This document shows positions 62,244-64,000 of a DNA stretch of 64,000 bases, one piece after another. Position 1 is the first letter of the stretch, and each line of letters opens with the position of its first letter. Source of the stretch: Candidatus Micrarchaeota archaeon (GTDB lineage: Archaea; Micrarchaeota; Micrarchaeia; Micrarchaeales; CABMGC01); the NCBI GenBank assembly GCA_021803425.1, contig JAJZLN010000020.1, forward strand, positions 3,924-67,923. The letters run 5' to 3'. The notes under the pieces were generated by a model, which saw only the letters and a program-made list of their open reading frames with translations, was not told the origin of the DNA and did not search any database. A program made the position numbers and the translations under genes.

Positions 62244-62318
62244 AGCGAGGTAGGGTAGCATGGAGTGCCCGCCGGGCTCATAACCCGGAGATCGGTGGTT
62301 CAAATCCACCTCTCGCTA
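62244..62318 (+). tRNA. tRNA-Met (anticodon CAT), initiator type, 75 nt
   Basis: Acceptor AGCGAGG/TCTCGCT (A1:U72) plus A. Anticodon stem CCGGG/CCCGG has three G:C pairs next to loop CTCATAA. T arm GGTGG-TTCAAAT-CCACC. Confidence 0.88.
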
Positions 62319-62374
62319 TAAGCACAACTGCTTGAAGAACTATCTTATTTCATCCTCTTTTTTATAGAGCTGTG

Positions 62375-62598
62375 TCATAAAAAGCGCATCTTGCCTTTTC
62401 TGGCTTCTTCTTTGCATGTATTAACTATCACATCCAAATCTACTTTGAGGTGACTTGATATGTCATCGTAAGACGTTCTTTTTTTGCTTTAAGATAGCCA
62501 ATTACTTCTGCTCTTTGCAATTGGTATTCAATGCTCTTTTTCTTCTGCATATGTCCCTTCCCAATGCTTCTTCGCCTTGTTGTTTTCTTTTTAGACAT
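62375..62598 (-). pseudogene. Small basic HTH-like ORF interrupted at an A7 run (frameshifted gene or slippery site)
   Basis: Minus-strand ATG at 62598 gives MSKKKTTRRRSIGKGHMQKKKSIEYQLQRAEVIGYLKAKKERLTMTYQVTSK* (stop at 62440-62442). A -1 shift at GCA-AAA-AAA-G (T7 on plus strand, 62479-62485) instead continues ..KAKKRTSYDDISSHLKVDLDVIVNTCKEEARKGKMRFL* to 62375. Confidence 0.3.
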
Positions 62599-62868
62599 GC
62601 ATTGACCTTTTATCTTTTTTATGTTTTATATTTTCAATAGAAATTTTATTATGCTTGACGCAGATGCATGTAGAGAGATTTCCTAGCCAATGTCGACTGC
62701 ATCAGATCGTCCGGCAAAGTGCACACGAGCCCTACAAGGACCAGGAACACCCTTCACTTCCACTATTCGCATTGTTTTATTATATTATACATTAATTTTT
62801 GCTTTTAATATATAATATAATGTTTACAGAGTATCAAGTAATAGTGGAATTGCACCCTGGTTAGACTT

Positions 62869-63333
62869 ATGGAAAGCGAAATAACTGTAAGCAACCTTTC
62901 GTCTGTGTTGAAGAACGAACAAAAAACTGGAGAGATAAGCTCCCTCACTCCAGACTTCTATATGAATATACGATCCAAAATAAAAAACATTGAAGTCAAC
63001 AGCGACGAATATAAAAACCTGTCCAAGCTTATGAACGCAATCAAAGAAAAGCGCATTCAAAAACTGCTTGTATACATAGCCTATAACAAGGATGTGCCCA
63101 AGCCTCTCCCGGCAGAAGAAGAAGATTTATATATTCAAATAAAGAAGATATTAACTGACAACTCTCCGGAACAAAAACACGTGAGGATCAAAATAACACA
63201 TTCCATACCGCAGATAGTAACATCAACGGGCAGCAAGATAGGGCCGTTCGAGCAAAACGAGATAATAAGAACGGATAACATATCGGACGTGAAATACCTG
63301 GTCGAAAACAAAATTGGAGAATTGATTGAATAG
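62869..63333 (+). CDS. Putative GINS subunit (Gins51/Gins15-like)
   Basis: 154 aa. N-terminal helical A-domain pattern (LSSVLKNEQKTGEISSLTPDFYMNIRSKI...KEKRIQKLLVYIA) and C-terminal small beta B-domain (IPQIVTSTGSKIGPFEQNEIIRTDNISDVKYLVENKIGELI). Confidence 0.55.
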   Translation: MESEITVSNLSSVLKNEQKTGEISSLTPDFYMNIRSKIKNIEVNSDEYKNLSKLMNAIKEKRIQKLLVYIAYNKDVPKPLPAEEEDLYIQIKKILTDNSPEQKHVRIKITHSIPQIVTSTGSKIGPFEQNEIIRTDNISDVKYLVENKIGELIE

Positions 63334-63624
63334 ATGATGCGCATGAAAATAGACAAAGAGATAATGTCATACTGCAAGTATTGTAAGAAGCATACGAAAA
63401 ATGTTGTGAGAAATTACAACAAAAAATCGCAGCGAGGGCTAAGCCTCGGTACGCGAAGGCACAATCGGGCCATAAAAGGTTATGTGGGAAGCATAGAGCC
63501 GAAGATACATCCAAAGAAGCTGGGCAAAAAACAGAAGGTCATACTTGAATGCACCGAATGCAAGAAGCACAGCGAGAGAGTATTTGGGATGCGGACAAAG
63601 AAAAAAATAGAGATCGGAAGGTAA
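63334..63624 (+). CDS. rpl44e: Ribosomal protein L44e (eL42)
   Basis: 96 aa. Zinc ribbon CKYCKKHT...CTECKK with a basic core (GYVGSIEPKIHPKKLGKKQKV). The start directly follows the upstream stop. Confidence 0.92.
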   Translation: MMRMKIDKEIMSYCKYCKKHTKNVVRNYNKKSQRGLSLGTRRHNRAIKGYVGSIEPKIHPKKLGKKQKVILECTECKKHSERVFGMRTKKKIEIGR

Positions 63625-63628
63625 TCCT

Positions 63629-64000
63629 TTGATAGTCCAAAAAGAGTTCCCCGATGAAGGGGAGTTCGTAATAATCAAAATAACGAAGATAATGCCCCAT
63701 GGCGCATACTGCAAACTGACCGAATTCAACATAGACGCGTACCTGCCCATATCCGAGGTCTCATCGGGCTGGATAAAGAACATACACGAATTCATAAAAG
63801 AAGGGCAGCAGGACGTTGCAAAGGTAATTTTCGTAGACAGATCAAAGAGGTCTGTCGACATTTCGCTAAAGAAGGCAACAAGCAAAAACAAGAAGGACAA
63901 GACAACCGAATTCAGCCTTGAAAAGCGTGCTGAAGGCATATTCAACAAAGCAATAGAGAATTCCAAAAACCAGGAGAAGAAGCACCTCATAATTCAGGAG
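63629..64000 (+). CDS. eif2a: Translation initiation factor aIF2 alpha, N-terminal fragment (3' end outside the window)
   Basis: The frame is open from TTG 63629 to the window end and is not in the ORF track because no stop is reached. S1 domain: FPDEGEFVIIKITKIMPHGAYCKLTEFNIDAYLPISEVSSGWIKNIHEFIKEGQQDVAKVIFVDRSKRSVDISLK. Confidence 0.85.
   Translation, partial: MIVQKEFPDEGEFVIIKITKIMPHGAYCKLTEFNIDAYLPISEVSSGWIKNIHEFIKEGQQDVAKVIFVDRSKRSVDISLKKATSKNKKDKTTEFSLEKRAEGIFNKAIENSKNQEKKHLIIQE

Noticed and set aside
62319-62460. Attachment-site duplication of the tRNA-iMet 3' end (integrated element signature)
   Set aside because: The best downstream match (CCAAATCTACTTTG versus TCAAATCCACCTCT) is only about 10 of 14 nt, and no integrase gene is present.
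1-64000. CRISPR arrays, cas genes, 16S/23S rRNA and prophage-like blocks
   Set aside because: Reading the intergenic regions, I saw no short direct repeats with regular spacing. The only rRNA-like sequence is the 5S gene. No capsid, terminase or integrase-like ORFs were recognised.

Overview
This is an AT-rich, very compact archaeal chromosomal segment. Many genes overlap by 1-14 nt, including convergent 3' overlaps such as prs/gltX and ksgA/MBL hydrolase. Most of the window is information-processing housekeeping:
- Translation and aminoacylation: ProRS (3' fragment), GluRS, Pth2, Pelota, aIF2-alpha (5' fragment).
- Ribosomal proteins: L11, L1-P0-P1, L15e, L44e.
- Transcription: Spt5, Spt4, Rpo7, TFE.
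- RNA processing and modification: fibrillarin, RtcB, Trm5, KsgA, RNase P proteins Pop5 and Rpp30.
- Replication and DNA metabolism: PriS, a GINS-like protein, an OB-fold SSB, GyrB-GyrA, two Lhr-family helicases (one with its metallophosphoesterase partner).
- Other: prefoldin beta.
- RNA genes: four tRNAs (Gln-TTG, Leu-CAA, Lys-CTT, initiator Met-CAT) and an orphan 5S rRNA.

Accessory content is interspersed:
- Three paralogous membrane-anchored surface proteins of 611, 1051 and 1158 aa. They are built from Ig-like modules, and the two largest also carry YVTN-type beta-propeller repeats. All three share a conserved module that reaches roughly 93% DNA identity between the two largest genes.
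- Two pilin-like genes with class III signal peptides, and a CARDB-type membrane protein.
- A PAS/GAF histidine kinase and a receiver protein carrying a degenerate GGDEF-like domain.
- An RHH-MNT/HEPN toxin-antitoxin pair.
- An IS200/IS605 tnpA element that looks truncated.

The tRNA-Leu carries a 13-nt insertion inside the T-loop (a candidate non-canonical intron) and sits next to the RtcB ligase gene. I saw no CRISPR array, cas genes, 16S/23S rRNA or reverse transcriptase.

My inference is a small-genome archaeon, DPANN/Micrarchaeota-like or related to Thermoplasmata. This rests on pilin signal peptides of the QSAMEYLMTYGWAILI type, the non-canonical tRNA intron, gyrase, the orphan 5S and the extreme compaction. 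It cannot be confirmed without a database search. All functional calls come from reading motifs in the supplied translations by eye, not from alignments.
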